From contig CBFDDH010000005.1 in the NCBI GenBank assembly GCA_965603515.1, positions 27,886 through 91,885 of the forward strand: 64,000 nucleotides of DNA, read 5' to 3'. Below the pieces are notes generated by a model. The model had not been told where the DNA came from. It saw only the letters and a program-made list of their open reading frames with translations, and did no database searches. This document shows, piece after piece, positions 1 through 7,767 of this stretch. The stretch's first letter is position 1; the number at the start of each line of letters is the position of its first letter. This DNA comes from an uncultured bacterium (GTDB lineage: Bacteria > Hydrothermota > Tepidihabitantia > SM23-42). Made by a program: the position numbers and the translations under genes.

Positions 1-2061
1 TTTTTCAATGGCGTGATTGCTGATTAGATATATGCCCTTTTTTTGGAAGAACTTCCTGATTTCCACAATAGATTTGCCTGAACGAACCATACGAACAATA
101 CTGGGATCGAATTTCAAAACTTCATATAGCCCTTCACGTCCAAAATACCCAGTATTATGACACTTCGCACAGCCGACTGGATGAGCGATACGCACCGGAA
201 TATCATTAGTAAAAGGCATGAGTATATTCCGTTCATTCGAAGAAATCTCCGTTACTTTCTTGCAGCATGAACAGAGTTTCTTGACCAATCTCTGCGCAAC
301 TACACAGATAACTGCATCTGCTATAACGCCGCTCTCAATGCCCAATCTTTCAAGTCGGAAAACAGCTGTCGTCGTATCAGTTGTATGCAGCGTCGTTAAA
401 GTAAGATGGCCTGTACTTGCAAAATCCATTGCCATTTTTGCAGAATATTGATCTCTAATCTCTCCAAGAAAGATTACATCCGGGTCCAATCTCACCACTG
501 ATTTAAGCAATGTCTTAAATGTTATACCAGCTTTTTCATTTACCTGCTGTTGATTTGCAAAAGGCATAAGATACTCAACCGGGTCTTCAATCGTCACAAG
601 ATTTCCTACCTTGCATTCTATGTGTGAGAGTAAACTATAAATCGTTGTAGTCTTGCCAGACCCTGTTGGTCCAACAACCAAAATCAGACCACGTGTTCGA
701 TTGATGACATCCATCATTGTATCAGCCTGTTCATTAGTCATCCCAAGCTCGTTCAATTTTTTTGGTTTGGCATACGGTTGCAGCATTCTTATTACGATAT
801 TCTCACCCTCTGGTGTTGATGCAGTAGCTAAACGGAGTTTATAATTCTTGTCGTCAATCACCGCTTCCAAGGCACCATCCTGGGGTCTTCGTCGCTCAGC
901 TATATCCATACCGCTAATTGCCTTGAAACGACCTATTAACATAAAGCCCATTTTCTTTTCCAGAGTAAACATATTTCTCATATCACCATCTATTCTAAAA
1001 CGAATAGTGCAATCGTTTTTCTTTAGCTCAATGTGTACATCACTTGCTCTTTCTGATGCAGCCGCGAATAGTAGTCTGTTTGCAATGCCAGAAGTCGATT
1101 GATCTTCAGTATCCAGATTGTAAGACGGAGTAGTAGTTTTTGGATCAACAGGCTCAACGAGCCCCTCTACTTCATTGGTACTGAAATCCTGAGATCGTAC
1201 TGTATCATCTTCGTCTTGATTAGTATGCAATATTGATTCAATATTTATTGGCGGAGTAATCGTAAGCCTCAGTCTTTCGTTTTGTGAGTAGAATCTCTCC
1301 AAAATATCAATGACTTCTAGATTAAAGGGGTTGCTCAATACAAAGGTACATTTTCTATCTTTTTGCTTTAATGCAACAATAAGATTCGATTTACAGAATG
1401 GAACGGGAAGTATACCCAGCTCAACATCATCTGGTTTGATCTTAGGTAAAAAAGGAAGTTTTAGATAATCTGCGATATACACCGACATGCTTGTATTATC
1501 AATACCGATTCCATGTGCTGTTGAATAGAGACTTGAATGGTGCATCATATCCAGTTTATATTGCTGTTCAGGCGATAGATTTAGTTTGTCAGACAGAAAT
1601 TCTTTGAATTGAATGAAATTAGATGAAGTAAGACTGACGTCTGACTTAACCGCATCTCCCCGGAAATCTTTCCATCGCAGGGCAGTTTTGAGATGATAAC
1701 GAACGTTTTCAAACAAGATGTCTTTCTTTATAGGCTTAACAAGATAACCCACCGCGCCGAGGGCGAATGCCTTTGTTCGATCTTTTTCCTTTTTTAAAGC
1801 AGTCACAAATACAACCGGAATGAAGGCGGTTTCTGATTTTTCCTGGAGTTTGTAGCAGAAGTCATAACCATCCATTTCCGGCATCATAATATCAAGCAGA
1901 ATAAGATCGGGCGTGACATCTCGGAGTATCTCCAAACCATGGAACCCACTTTCCGCAATCATAACATCATAACCTTCACCGCTCAATAAACTCTTGGTTA
2001 GCTTTAGTATATTACTGTCGTCGTCGACAACCAGAATAAGTGGTTTAGCTGAACTATTCAT
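1..2061 (-). CDS. REC (response-regulator receiver) domain fused to a GspE/PilB-family type II secretion / type IV pilus assembly ATPase. The C-terminus runs off the window start (3' partial). Not in the ORF track because no stop codon lies inside the window.
   Basis: Manual minus-strand translation from ATG (complement 2061..2059): MNSSAKPLILVVDDDSNILKLTKSLLSGEGYDVMIAESGFHGLEILRDVTPDLILLDIMMPEMDGYDF... (REC: DD pair, phospho-Asp in LLD, T and K downstream). Then a GspE N-domain-like segment. ATPase motifs: Walker A GPTGSGKTTT (~640-690), LVTIEDPVEY, Walker B DVIFLGEIRD, His-box TGHLTLTTLHT, C-terminal tetracysteine CSCC...CAKC zinc motif. Frame checked codon by codon; it is open from 2061 down to nt 1. 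Confidence 0.8.
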   Translation of the reverse strand, partial: MNSSAKPLILVVDDDSNILKLTKSLLSGEGYDVMIAESGFHGLEILRDVTPDLILLDIMMPEMDGYDFCYKLQEKSETAFIPVVFVTALKKEKDRTKAFALGAVGYLVKPIKKDILFENVRYHLKTALRWKDFRGDAVKSDVSLTSSNFIQFKEFLSDKLNLSPEQQYKLDMMHHSSLYSTAHGIGIDNTSMSVYIADYLKLPFLPKIKPDDVELGILPVPFCKSNLIVALKQKDRKCTFVLSNPFNLEVIDILERFYSQNERLRLTITPPINIESILHTNQDEDDTVRSQDFSTNEVEGLVEPVDPKTTTPSYNLDTEDQSTSGIANRLLFAAASERASDVHIELKKNDCTIRFRIDGDMRNMFTLEKKMGFMLIGRFKAISGMDIAERRRPQDGALEAVIDDKNYKLRLATASTPEGENIVIRMLQPYAKPKKLNELGMTNEQADTMMDVINRTRGLILVVGPTGSGKTTTIYSLLSHIECKVGNLVTIEDPVEYLMPFANQQQVNEKAGITFKTLLKSVVRLDPDVIFLGEIRDQYSAKMAMDFASTGHLTLTTLHTTDTTTAVFRLERLGIESGVIADAVICVVAQRLVKKLCSCCKKVTEISSNERNILMPFTNDIPVRIAHPVGCAKCHNTGYFGREGLYEVLKFDPSIVRMVRSGKSIVEIRKFFQKKGIYLISNHAIEK

Positions 2062-2371
2062 AAATGACCTCGATTCGTTCAAGATAATCCTTCAACTTAT
2101 CTACACACTTCCTTATCTGCTCTTCATTTCTTTCTTGTGCTGCTTGTTCAAGAAATTCGCCGATTTCACTTATCACATCAAATCCATATGCACCGCCAGA
2201 ACCACTCAAACCATGTCCCAATGTTTCGATTCTCACAAAATCATGATTCTCTAATAAAACTAAAATCACATCGACTTTGTTGTTGATGTCTACGAGATAA
2301 CCAGGAATCAGATCTTTTATCTCGGCTAAAGCATATACAATTATTCTATTACCATTTTTGTGGCTTAGCAT
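2054..2371 (-). CDS. Small putative Hpt (histidine phosphotransfer) domain protein
   Basis: 105 aa. The segment LGHGLSGSGGAYGFD resembles the Hpt phospho-His motif HxLKGSSxxxGA. Stop TAG 2054-2056 lies 2 nt before the REC-GspE ATG, and the upstream gene stops 1 nt before this ATG (translational coupling). Confidence 0.45.
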   Translation of the reverse strand: MLSHKNGNRIIVYALAEIKDLIPGYLVDINNKVDVILVLLENHDFVRIETLGHGLSGSGGAYGFDVISEIGEFLEQAAQERNEEQIRKCVDKLKDYLERIEVIYE

Positions 2372-2372
2372 A

Positions 2373-3059
2373 TCAATTTTGAGCTAATTGAGTTAATTCA
2401 TTCATATACTGTAAAAGCTCATTATACTTTTTTTTATACTCTAAGAACAAATCCTTATAGTTATTATCGTTTTCGTCATCCACCATCTCTCTTTCTTCAT
2501 CAGCGATCATCTTTTCAAGCGATGGTATAAATTCTTCTATTTCCTTGCCGTCATACTCAGTCTGTTTTTTCTGACTAGGTTCTAAGAATCCTTCTTCTTC
2601 AAGCCACTTGCGAGGATCGATGAGGTCCTGAGATTCTTCTTTTTGTAACCATATTTCCTTCGCTTTGTTGACATCAGCAATCACCGCGGGATAAAATCCT
2701 CTTACTTCAGATATATACAACTTCGGGAAATCAATATTTTTCTCATCGTACTTGATGAGTTTATACTGTTTAAAATATTTCTGAAATTCACTTTTCGCGC
2801 TTTCATCAGCCTCACTATACAGTCCTACTATTGGTGGAATATCAATATCGAGTTTCTGACAAAGTCTAAATAGTGTCCCCTGCATAATTATTTCAAGCAA
2901 CAGATTAATATTTGCTATAATTATGTTGAATCTATTTTTGAATCTACAAATCATCTCGAGTGTTTCAGAACGAGTCCCGATTGCTATTATCCGCTCCCTG
3001 CAGAGTAGATCGCATAATTTTTTTCTTATATCTTTATCCGGCTCGATTAGAAGAATCAC
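2373..3059 (-). CDS. Pseudo-receiver-like protein, paralog A (REC-like N-terminus lacking the canonical DD / phospho-Asp; acidic, coiled C-terminal half)
   Basis: 228 aa. N-terminus MILLIEPDKDIRKKLCDLL reads like REC beta1-alpha1, but with E-P-D in place of DD, and IIIANI where the phospho-Asp strand should be. About 55-60% identical to the 5529..6224 product (shared ...GTLFRLCQKL..IPPI...YPxVIADxNKAxExWL..EES...RKWLEEEGFLE). Confidence 0.5.
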   Translation of the reverse strand: MILLIEPDKDIRKKLCDLLCRERIIAIGTRSETLEMICRFKNRFNIIIANINLLLEIIMQGTLFRLCQKLDIDIPPIVGLYSEADESAKSEFQKYFKQYKLIKYDEKNIDFPKLYISEVRGFYPAVIADVNKAKEIWLQKEESQDLIDPRKWLEEEGFLEPSQKKQTEYDGKEIEEFIPSLEKMIADEEREMVDDENDNNYKDLFLEYKKKYNELLQYMNELTQLAQN

Positions 3060-3165
3060 ATATTATTATGAAATGAAAAGAATGATGTAGCAACCAAAGA
3101 GAATACGTATTTATCTCTAGGCGGTTCTACCCAAGGAGTGAAGATCCGTTAGTTGATAAGTGGAT

Positions 3166-3257
3166 GGGGTCAAATCTTGAATAGTGAATACATAGCCAGA
3201 ATTTAGATATTGCGAAGGAATAGAAAGTACGCTATTCACTATTCAAGATTTGACCCC
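3166..3257. repeat. Perfect 25-bp inverted repeat (GGGGTCAAATCTTGAATAGTGAATA ... TATTCACTATTCAAGATTTGACCCC) with a 42-bp spacer, in the divergent intergenic region
   Basis: Arms at 3166-3190 and 3233-3257 are exact reverse complements. Each arm contains TTGACC reading outward on its own strand. Confidence 0.85.
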
Positions 3258-3305
3258 AGTAACCCCCAGTAATTATACCTATGTGGGAATAAGCACTTTC
3301 CATCA

Positions 3306-3333
3306 TTGTCTTATATTAGTATGACCATATAAT
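3306..3333 (+). promoter_or_regulatory. Putative sigma70-type promoter (TTGTCT-N16-TATAAT) giving a leaderless or near-leaderless transcript for the REC gene
   Basis: -10 TATAAT at 3328-3333 ends 7 nt before ATG 3341. -35-like TTGTCT at 3306-3311. Confidence 0.35.
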
Positions 3334-3340
3334 TCAGTAA

Positions 3341-3700
3341 ATGAAAAAACGAATCTTGGTTTGTGACGATGAGGAATCGATCAGATTATTACTCAGTGAG
3401 GCGCTAAATGACACCTACGAAGTAATCGAAGCATCTGATGGCCGCGAGGCAGTGAAAATGATCACGAAAGAACCCTTTGATCTACTCATTACCGACATAA
3501 AGATGCCGAGGACACATGGTTTTGAGGCAATTGAACGTATCCGAGAAAGAAATAAATCAATACCCATCGTTATCTGCTCTGCTTACCGACTGATGAAAGA
3601 TGATGTTGTAGTAACTACCTCGGATGTGGCGGCTTTCTTTACGAAGCCGATCGACATGAAGGCACTTAAATCTAAAGTGCTTGAACTCATCGGTACGTAG
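3341..3700 (+). CDS. Single-domain CheY-like response regulator (REC)
   Basis: 119 aa. MKKRILVCDDEESIRLL (DD), LLITDIKMP (phospho-Asp), VICSAY, FFTKP (conserved K). Stop TAG directly abuts the next ATG. Confidence 0.85.
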   Translation: MKKRILVCDDEESIRLLLSEALNDTYEVIEASDGREAVKMITKEPFDLLITDIKMPRTHGFEAIERIRERNKSIPIVICSAYRLMKDDVVVTTSDVAAFFTKPIDMKALKSKVLELIGT

Positions 3701-4294
3701 ATGAAACCCCGCATTGGCGAGCTTCTCGTCAAGAACGGCATAATCACTGAAGCCCAACTAAAAGAGGCTCTTGTGCTCCAGAGAGAACAAGAAAAAAGAC
3801 TCGGTGAAATCCTTATTGAATTGGGTCACCTGTCTTCAAAAGACTTGGTCTGGATACTTAGTGAACAGGCTGACATACCGTTCGTAGAAATCCGACCTGA
3901 AATGTTAGATAAGAAGCTCATTAACGCTTTCCCGGAGAATATCCTCTATGATAATAGCATATTACCGCTTTACGAAACTGAGGACAAGATTTACGTCGCA
4001 TTAGGCAACCCTATTGATACAACAGCCACACAAGCAATCAAGCGCTTCACCACAAAAGAGGTGGTTACCTCAGGCACTGACCCTTATAAAATCGAAAAGT
4101 TGCTGAACAAATTTTTTCTATCTGAGCAAATGGAAGAAAGTCTAGGACAAGAGAAAATTGACAAAACAGCTGTTAAGATCGTGACCGAAAAGGCAACCAT
4201 TGAATTCATTGATGAGTTGGGTAAGGTAACGACAAAAAAAGCCCCTCTTGAGATTATCATGACTATTAAAAAGGAAGATGGAGATGCAGAATAA
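3701..4294 (+). CDS. Stand-alone GspE N-terminal / MshEN-type domain protein (putative c-di-GMP receptor)
   Basis: 197 aa. Two tandem 24-residue MshEN motifs: RIGELLVKNGIITEAQLKEALVLQ and RLGEILIELGHLSSKDLVWILSEQ. Both match RLGxx(L/V/I)(L/V/I)xxG(L/V/I)(L/V/I)xxxxLxxxLxxQ. These are followed by the T2SSE_N beta subdomain (ILPLYETEDKIYVALGNPIDTTATQAIKRFT). No ATPase domain. Confidence 0.7.
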   Translation: MKPRIGELLVKNGIITEAQLKEALVLQREQEKRLGEILIELGHLSSKDLVWILSEQADIPFVEIRPEMLDKKLINAFPENILYDNSILPLYETEDKIYVALGNPIDTTATQAIKRFTTKEVVTSGTDPYKIEKLLNKFFLSEQMEESLGQEKIDKTAVKIVTEKATIEFIDELGKVTTKKAPLEIIMTIKKEDGDAE

Positions 4295-5325
4295 TGGATG
4301 AAATGCAACAATTACTGCAACGGACGGTTGACATGAAAGCGAGCGATCTTCATATTAGTGCTGGCTCACCGGTCATGTTACGAGTCCGTGGCTCAATGAA
4401 AAATCTAAATGCAAAACCCATTAGCCAAGAAACTGCACAAAATCTAATAAACCAAATACTCACTAAGGAACAAATCACTACTCTCAAAAAAGATCATGAA
4501 ATCGACTTCTCCCTTGACCTTCCTGATACAGGACGATTTCGAGTAAATGTCTTTCATCAACGACAAGGACTTAGCGGGGTTTTCAGAAGCATACCACATG
4601 ATATGCCCGCAATAGAAGAACTTGGTCTGCCAAAAATAATTAAAGAACTAGTCGATTTGGACTGCGGGCTCATTCTCGTAACCGGACCTACCGGCAGCGG
4701 GAAATCTACCACGCTTGCCGCAATGATAGACTATATCAATAATAATAAAGATGGTCATATAATAACCATTGAAGATCCTATTGAATTCATTCACTCTTCA
4801 AAAAAATGCGTTGTCAATCAACGCGAGGTGGGAAGCAATACCCATTCATTTGCCGATGCCTTGAGGAGTGCTCTAAGAGAAGACCCTGACTACATATTGA
4901 TCGGTGAAATGCGGGACTTGGAGACAATCGCCCTCGCACTTACTGCGGCCGAAACAGGACACTTGGTCTTTGGAACTCTCCATACTTCGAGTGCACCAAA
5001 AACAATCACCCGAGTCATAGATGTCTTCCCAATGACACAACAAGACCAGATAACAACACAGCTTTCAGAATCGCTTCAGTGTGTAATCGCCCAAAAACTG
5101 TACCCACGAATGGACGAATCTGGGCGTATTGCAGCATTCGAGATAATGATTGCAACTCAGGCAGTGCGTAATCTTATTAGAGAGAAAAAGATATTTCAAA
5201 TCGAATCAATCATACAAACCGGACGCCAACTCGGCATGCAAAATATGGAACAGTCAAAAAGGAGACTTGTTTCAGAAGGTAAGCTCTCTCCTGAATTCCT
5301 GAAGGAACGGCTGAGTCTATATTGA
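4294..5325 (+). CDS. pilT: Type IV pilus retraction (twitching motility) ATPase PilT
   Basis: 343 aa. Walker A GPTGSGKSTT, Asp box ITIEDPIEF, Walker B DYILIGEMRD, His box TGHLVFGTLHT, and the PilT C-terminal motif AFEIMIATQAVRNLIRE. Start overlaps the upstream stop (TAATGG). Confidence 0.9.
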   Translation: MDEMQQLLQRTVDMKASDLHISAGSPVMLRVRGSMKNLNAKPISQETAQNLINQILTKEQITTLKKDHEIDFSLDLPDTGRFRVNVFHQRQGLSGVFRSIPHDMPAIEELGLPKIIKELVDLDCGLILVTGPTGSGKSTTLAAMIDYINNNKDGHIITIEDPIEFIHSSKKCVVNQREVGSNTHSFADALRSALREDPDYILIGEMRDLETIALALTAAETGHLVFGTLHTSSAPKTITRVIDVFPMTQQDQITTQLSESLQCVIAQKLYPRMDESGRIAAFEIMIATQAVRNLIREKKIFQIESIIQTGRQLGMQNMEQSKRRLVSEGKLSPEFLKERLSLY

Positions 5326-5436
5326 GCACGTGTAGTCCCATACAAAATAGTCAGTCAACTATAGCACCAACCCCTTTCTATTAGAATACAGGTATTAGAA
5401 TTGTTAGCATTCGTTAAGCAATCATTGCCAACGATA

Positions 5437-5468
5437 TCATTTTGTCAATTAGCAAAATGACAAAATGA
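5437..5468. promoter_or_regulatory. 11-bp perfect inverted repeat TCATTTTGTCA-N10-TGACAAAATGA (operator-like), followed by a tandem CAAAATGA
   Basis: 5437-5447 and 5458-5468 are reverse complements. The repeat lies about 23 bp upstream of a -35 box. Confidence 0.6.
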
Positions 5469-5490
5469 GATGGCGCTCAATTGTAGATCC

Positions 5491-5518
5491 TTGACAATCA
5501 AGATTCTGTTTCTATAAT
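5491..5518 (+). promoter_or_regulatory. sigma70-type promoter TTGACA-N16-TATAAT for pseudo-receiver paralog B, near-leaderless
   Basis: TTGACA 5491-5496, TATAAT 5513-5518, ATG at 5529. No Shine-Dalgarno sequence. Confidence 0.5.
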
Positions 5519-5528
5519 TGCCATACTT

Positions 5529-6224
5529 ATGATCCTTTTGATCGAACCAAATAAACGTATCAGAAAACGCCTTTGTGATCTTTTGAGTCGTGAAAGAATT
5601 CTCGCTATTGGTACTTATCCTGAGACATTGGAGATGATCGCAAAGTTTAAAAATAGAATAAATATTATTATAGCAAGTATTCGTATGTTTAAAGATATAC
5701 TTTTACGGGGAACGCTCTTTCGGCTCTGCCAGAAGCTCTATATAGAAATCCCTCCCATTCTGGTTTTTTACAGAAGGGGTGATGAGAAGATCAAGGAAGA
5801 ATTTGAGACGAACAAAGTACACTGTTCAATTATTAAGTTTGATGGTGAAGATACGAGTTTCCCCGAGCGATATATTGCGGCTATAAAAACCCTGTATCCA
5901 GAGGTCATCGCTGATATCAACAAGGCTACTGAGATGTGGTTAAAAGGCGAGGAGTCAGAAACACCGAAAGATCATCGAAAGTGGCTTGAAGAAGAAGGGT
6001 TCCTCGAGGCAATGGAGAATCTGAAGATTGGGAAATTGACCAGAGACGTAGAACAAATAATCCCGCTGATGAGGAAAATGTTGTCCGAGGAGAAAAAAGG
6101 ACCGAAAGAAAAAAAACAAAAAAAGAAACAAGAAGCTGATTACAAACGTATGTATCTTGAACTTAAACGAAAACATGATGAGCTTTTGAAGTATGTAAAG
6201 GAATTAGTCGATCTTTCAAAATAG
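5529..6224 (+). CDS. Pseudo-receiver-like protein, paralog B, with a Lys-rich tail (KKGPKEKKQKKKQ)
   Basis: 231 aa, paralog of 2373..3059. Shares the same non-canonical N-terminus MILLIEPNKRIRKRLCDLL. Confidence 0.5.
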   Translation: MILLIEPNKRIRKRLCDLLSRERILAIGTYPETLEMIAKFKNRINIIIASIRMFKDILLRGTLFRLCQKLYIEIPPILVFYRRGDEKIKEEFETNKVHCSIIKFDGEDTSFPERYIAAIKTLYPEVIADINKATEMWLKGEESETPKDHRKWLEEEGFLEAMENLKIGKLTRDVEQIIPLMRKMLSEEKKGPKEKKQKKKQEADYKRMYLELKRKHDELLKYVKELVDLSK

Positions 6225-6225
6225 A

Positions 6226-7767
6226 ATGTTTTCTGTTTTAATAGTAGTAATACTCTTCATCATCCCTCAAATTGTCACAGGACAAAATATATTTAAAGAT
6301 GTGCAAAATCGCTACCCGCGGGTGCGCCAAGCTCGAGAGAACTGTGAATACGATATTGACTCGCTTTTTCAAACGAGGGGCATTAACTATCCACCAGAAG
6401 AAATTTTAATAGTAGCTTATAAAAAAGAACGGCTTATTCACTTATGGGCACGCTCTGACACCAATAAAACTCTTCTTTTTATCAAACAATATCCCTTTAC
6501 TGCATTTTCCGGCACGCTCGGACCGAAACGTAAACAGGGTGATCTCCAGATACCTGAAAGCTTTTATTATATCAATCATTTTAATCCTTATTCCAACTTT
6601 CACTTATCCATGAAGATAAGCTATCCAAATCAATCAGATAGCATACTTGGTAAAAAAGGCAGTCTCGGCAATGAAATACGTATTCATGGAAGTTTTGTAA
6701 CTATCGGCTGTATTCCGATCGGCGATGAATCAATCGAAGAACTGTATATAATATGTGTTGATATGAAATCAAAAGGGCAACACAAGATACCGGTTTATGT
6801 CTTTCCAGGAAAGATGGACAAACAAAATTGGTCAGGATTAAAGCAAGTAGCCGGTCAGGATAGTATCCTGCTCAATTTCTGGCATAATTTGCGACAAGGC
6901 TATGATATCTTCACGGCAACACACCGAAAATTGAGTTATCGAGTTAACCTAAAAGGGCAGTATATTTACTCGTACGATCACTCACATTTAAATTCATTTC
7001 CGTGGCTCGATGTGCATAATGTCCAAAATTGCTTATTCAATAGGCTTGAACCACCCGCAGACTATGAACGGACATACTGTCCTCTCGGTTCTTTTGAAGA
7101 TTGGCTAAGACATTTACCTTTGAAACCAGGTAATCCACAGGTATACCTGTATAATGGGAATGAGAAATCCTATCAGAGTGGTCACTATGCAGTAGTCGAT
7201 ATTGACGTCGGGCAAGAAGATCTGCAGCAATGTGCCGATGCGATAATCAGACTTTATGCAGAATATCTGTTTTCAAAAAACTGTCTTGATAATATCATTT
7301 TTGATCTAACTAATGGTGATGCGGTTGGTTTCAGAAAATGGGTTTCAGGGTATCGACCATTAGTCAGTGGGAATACTGTAACCTGGCACAAACGTGCGGC
7401 TTCAGATTCTTCGTATGATACATTCCGTGCATATCTGAAATTCATTTTTGCATACGCTGGAACTTATTCGATAAGTCAGGAGACACAACGTATTGAAAAC
7501 CACCGTGATATGGTGATCGGTGATATATTTATCCAAGGCGGCTTTCCCGGCCACGCAGTCCTGGTTACTGATATGGCGACAAACCCCCGAACCGGTGAAA
7601 AAGTATTCTTGCTTAGCCAGAGTTATATGCCTGCCCAGGATATACATATTTTAAAAAATCTAAATGACCCGGATCTGAACCCCTGGTATAAACTGGATTT
7701 TGGCAATACCCTGCACACTCCAGAATGGACATTTGATACTGATGACTTAAAACGGATCACCCCTTGA
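6226..7767 (+). CDS. Secreted L,D-transpeptidase-like (YkuD-fold) protein with a large uncharacterised C-terminal domain
   Basis: 513 aa. N-terminal hydrophobic signal/anchor. GPKRKQGDLQIPESFYYI and IRIHGSFVTIGCIPI resemble the YkuD His/Cys catalytic core (HG[ST]...GC[IV]). Confidence 0.45.
   Translation: MFSVLIVVILFIIPQIVTGQNIFKDVQNRYPRVRQARENCEYDIDSLFQTRGINYPPEEILIVAYKKERLIHLWARSDTNKTLLFIKQYPFTAFSGTLGPKRKQGDLQIPESFYYINHFNPYSNFHLSMKISYPNQSDSILGKKGSLGNEIRIHGSFVTIGCIPIGDESIEELYIICVDMKSKGQHKIPVYVFPGKMDKQNWSGLKQVAGQDSILLNFWHNLRQGYDIFTATHRKLSYRVNLKGQYIYSYDHSHLNSFPWLDVHNVQNCLFNRLEPPADYERTYCPLGSFEDWLRHLPLKPGNPQVYLYNGNEKSYQSGHYAVVDIDVGQEDLQQCADAIIRLYAEYLFSKNCLDNIIFDLTNGDAVGFRKWVSGYRPLVSGNTVTWHKRAASDSSYDTFRAYLKFIFAYAGTYSISQETQRIENHRDMVIGDIFIQGGFPGHAVLVTDMATNPRTGEKVFLLSQSYMPAQDIHILKNLNDPDLNPWYKLDFGNTLHTPEWTFDTDDLKRITP

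Noticed and set aside
218-1102. Three plus-strand ORFs (218..451, 653..844, 848..1102) from the ORF track
   Set aside because: They are antisense to the continuous REC-GspE ATPase reading frame on the minus strand (Walker A, Asp box and other motifs all in the minus frame). Low-complexity products. Artefacts.
3166-3257. The 25-bp inverted repeat as terminal inverted repeats of a tiny mobile element
   Set aside because: Arms are only 42 bp apart. No transposase, no target-site duplication, and only one copy in the window. An operator or structural role is more plausible.
5955-6176. Minus-strand ORF with a poly-Phe/Leu product opposite the Lys-rich tail of paralog B
   Set aside because: Mirror image of the poly-Lys (AAA/AAG) coding run. 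Artefact.
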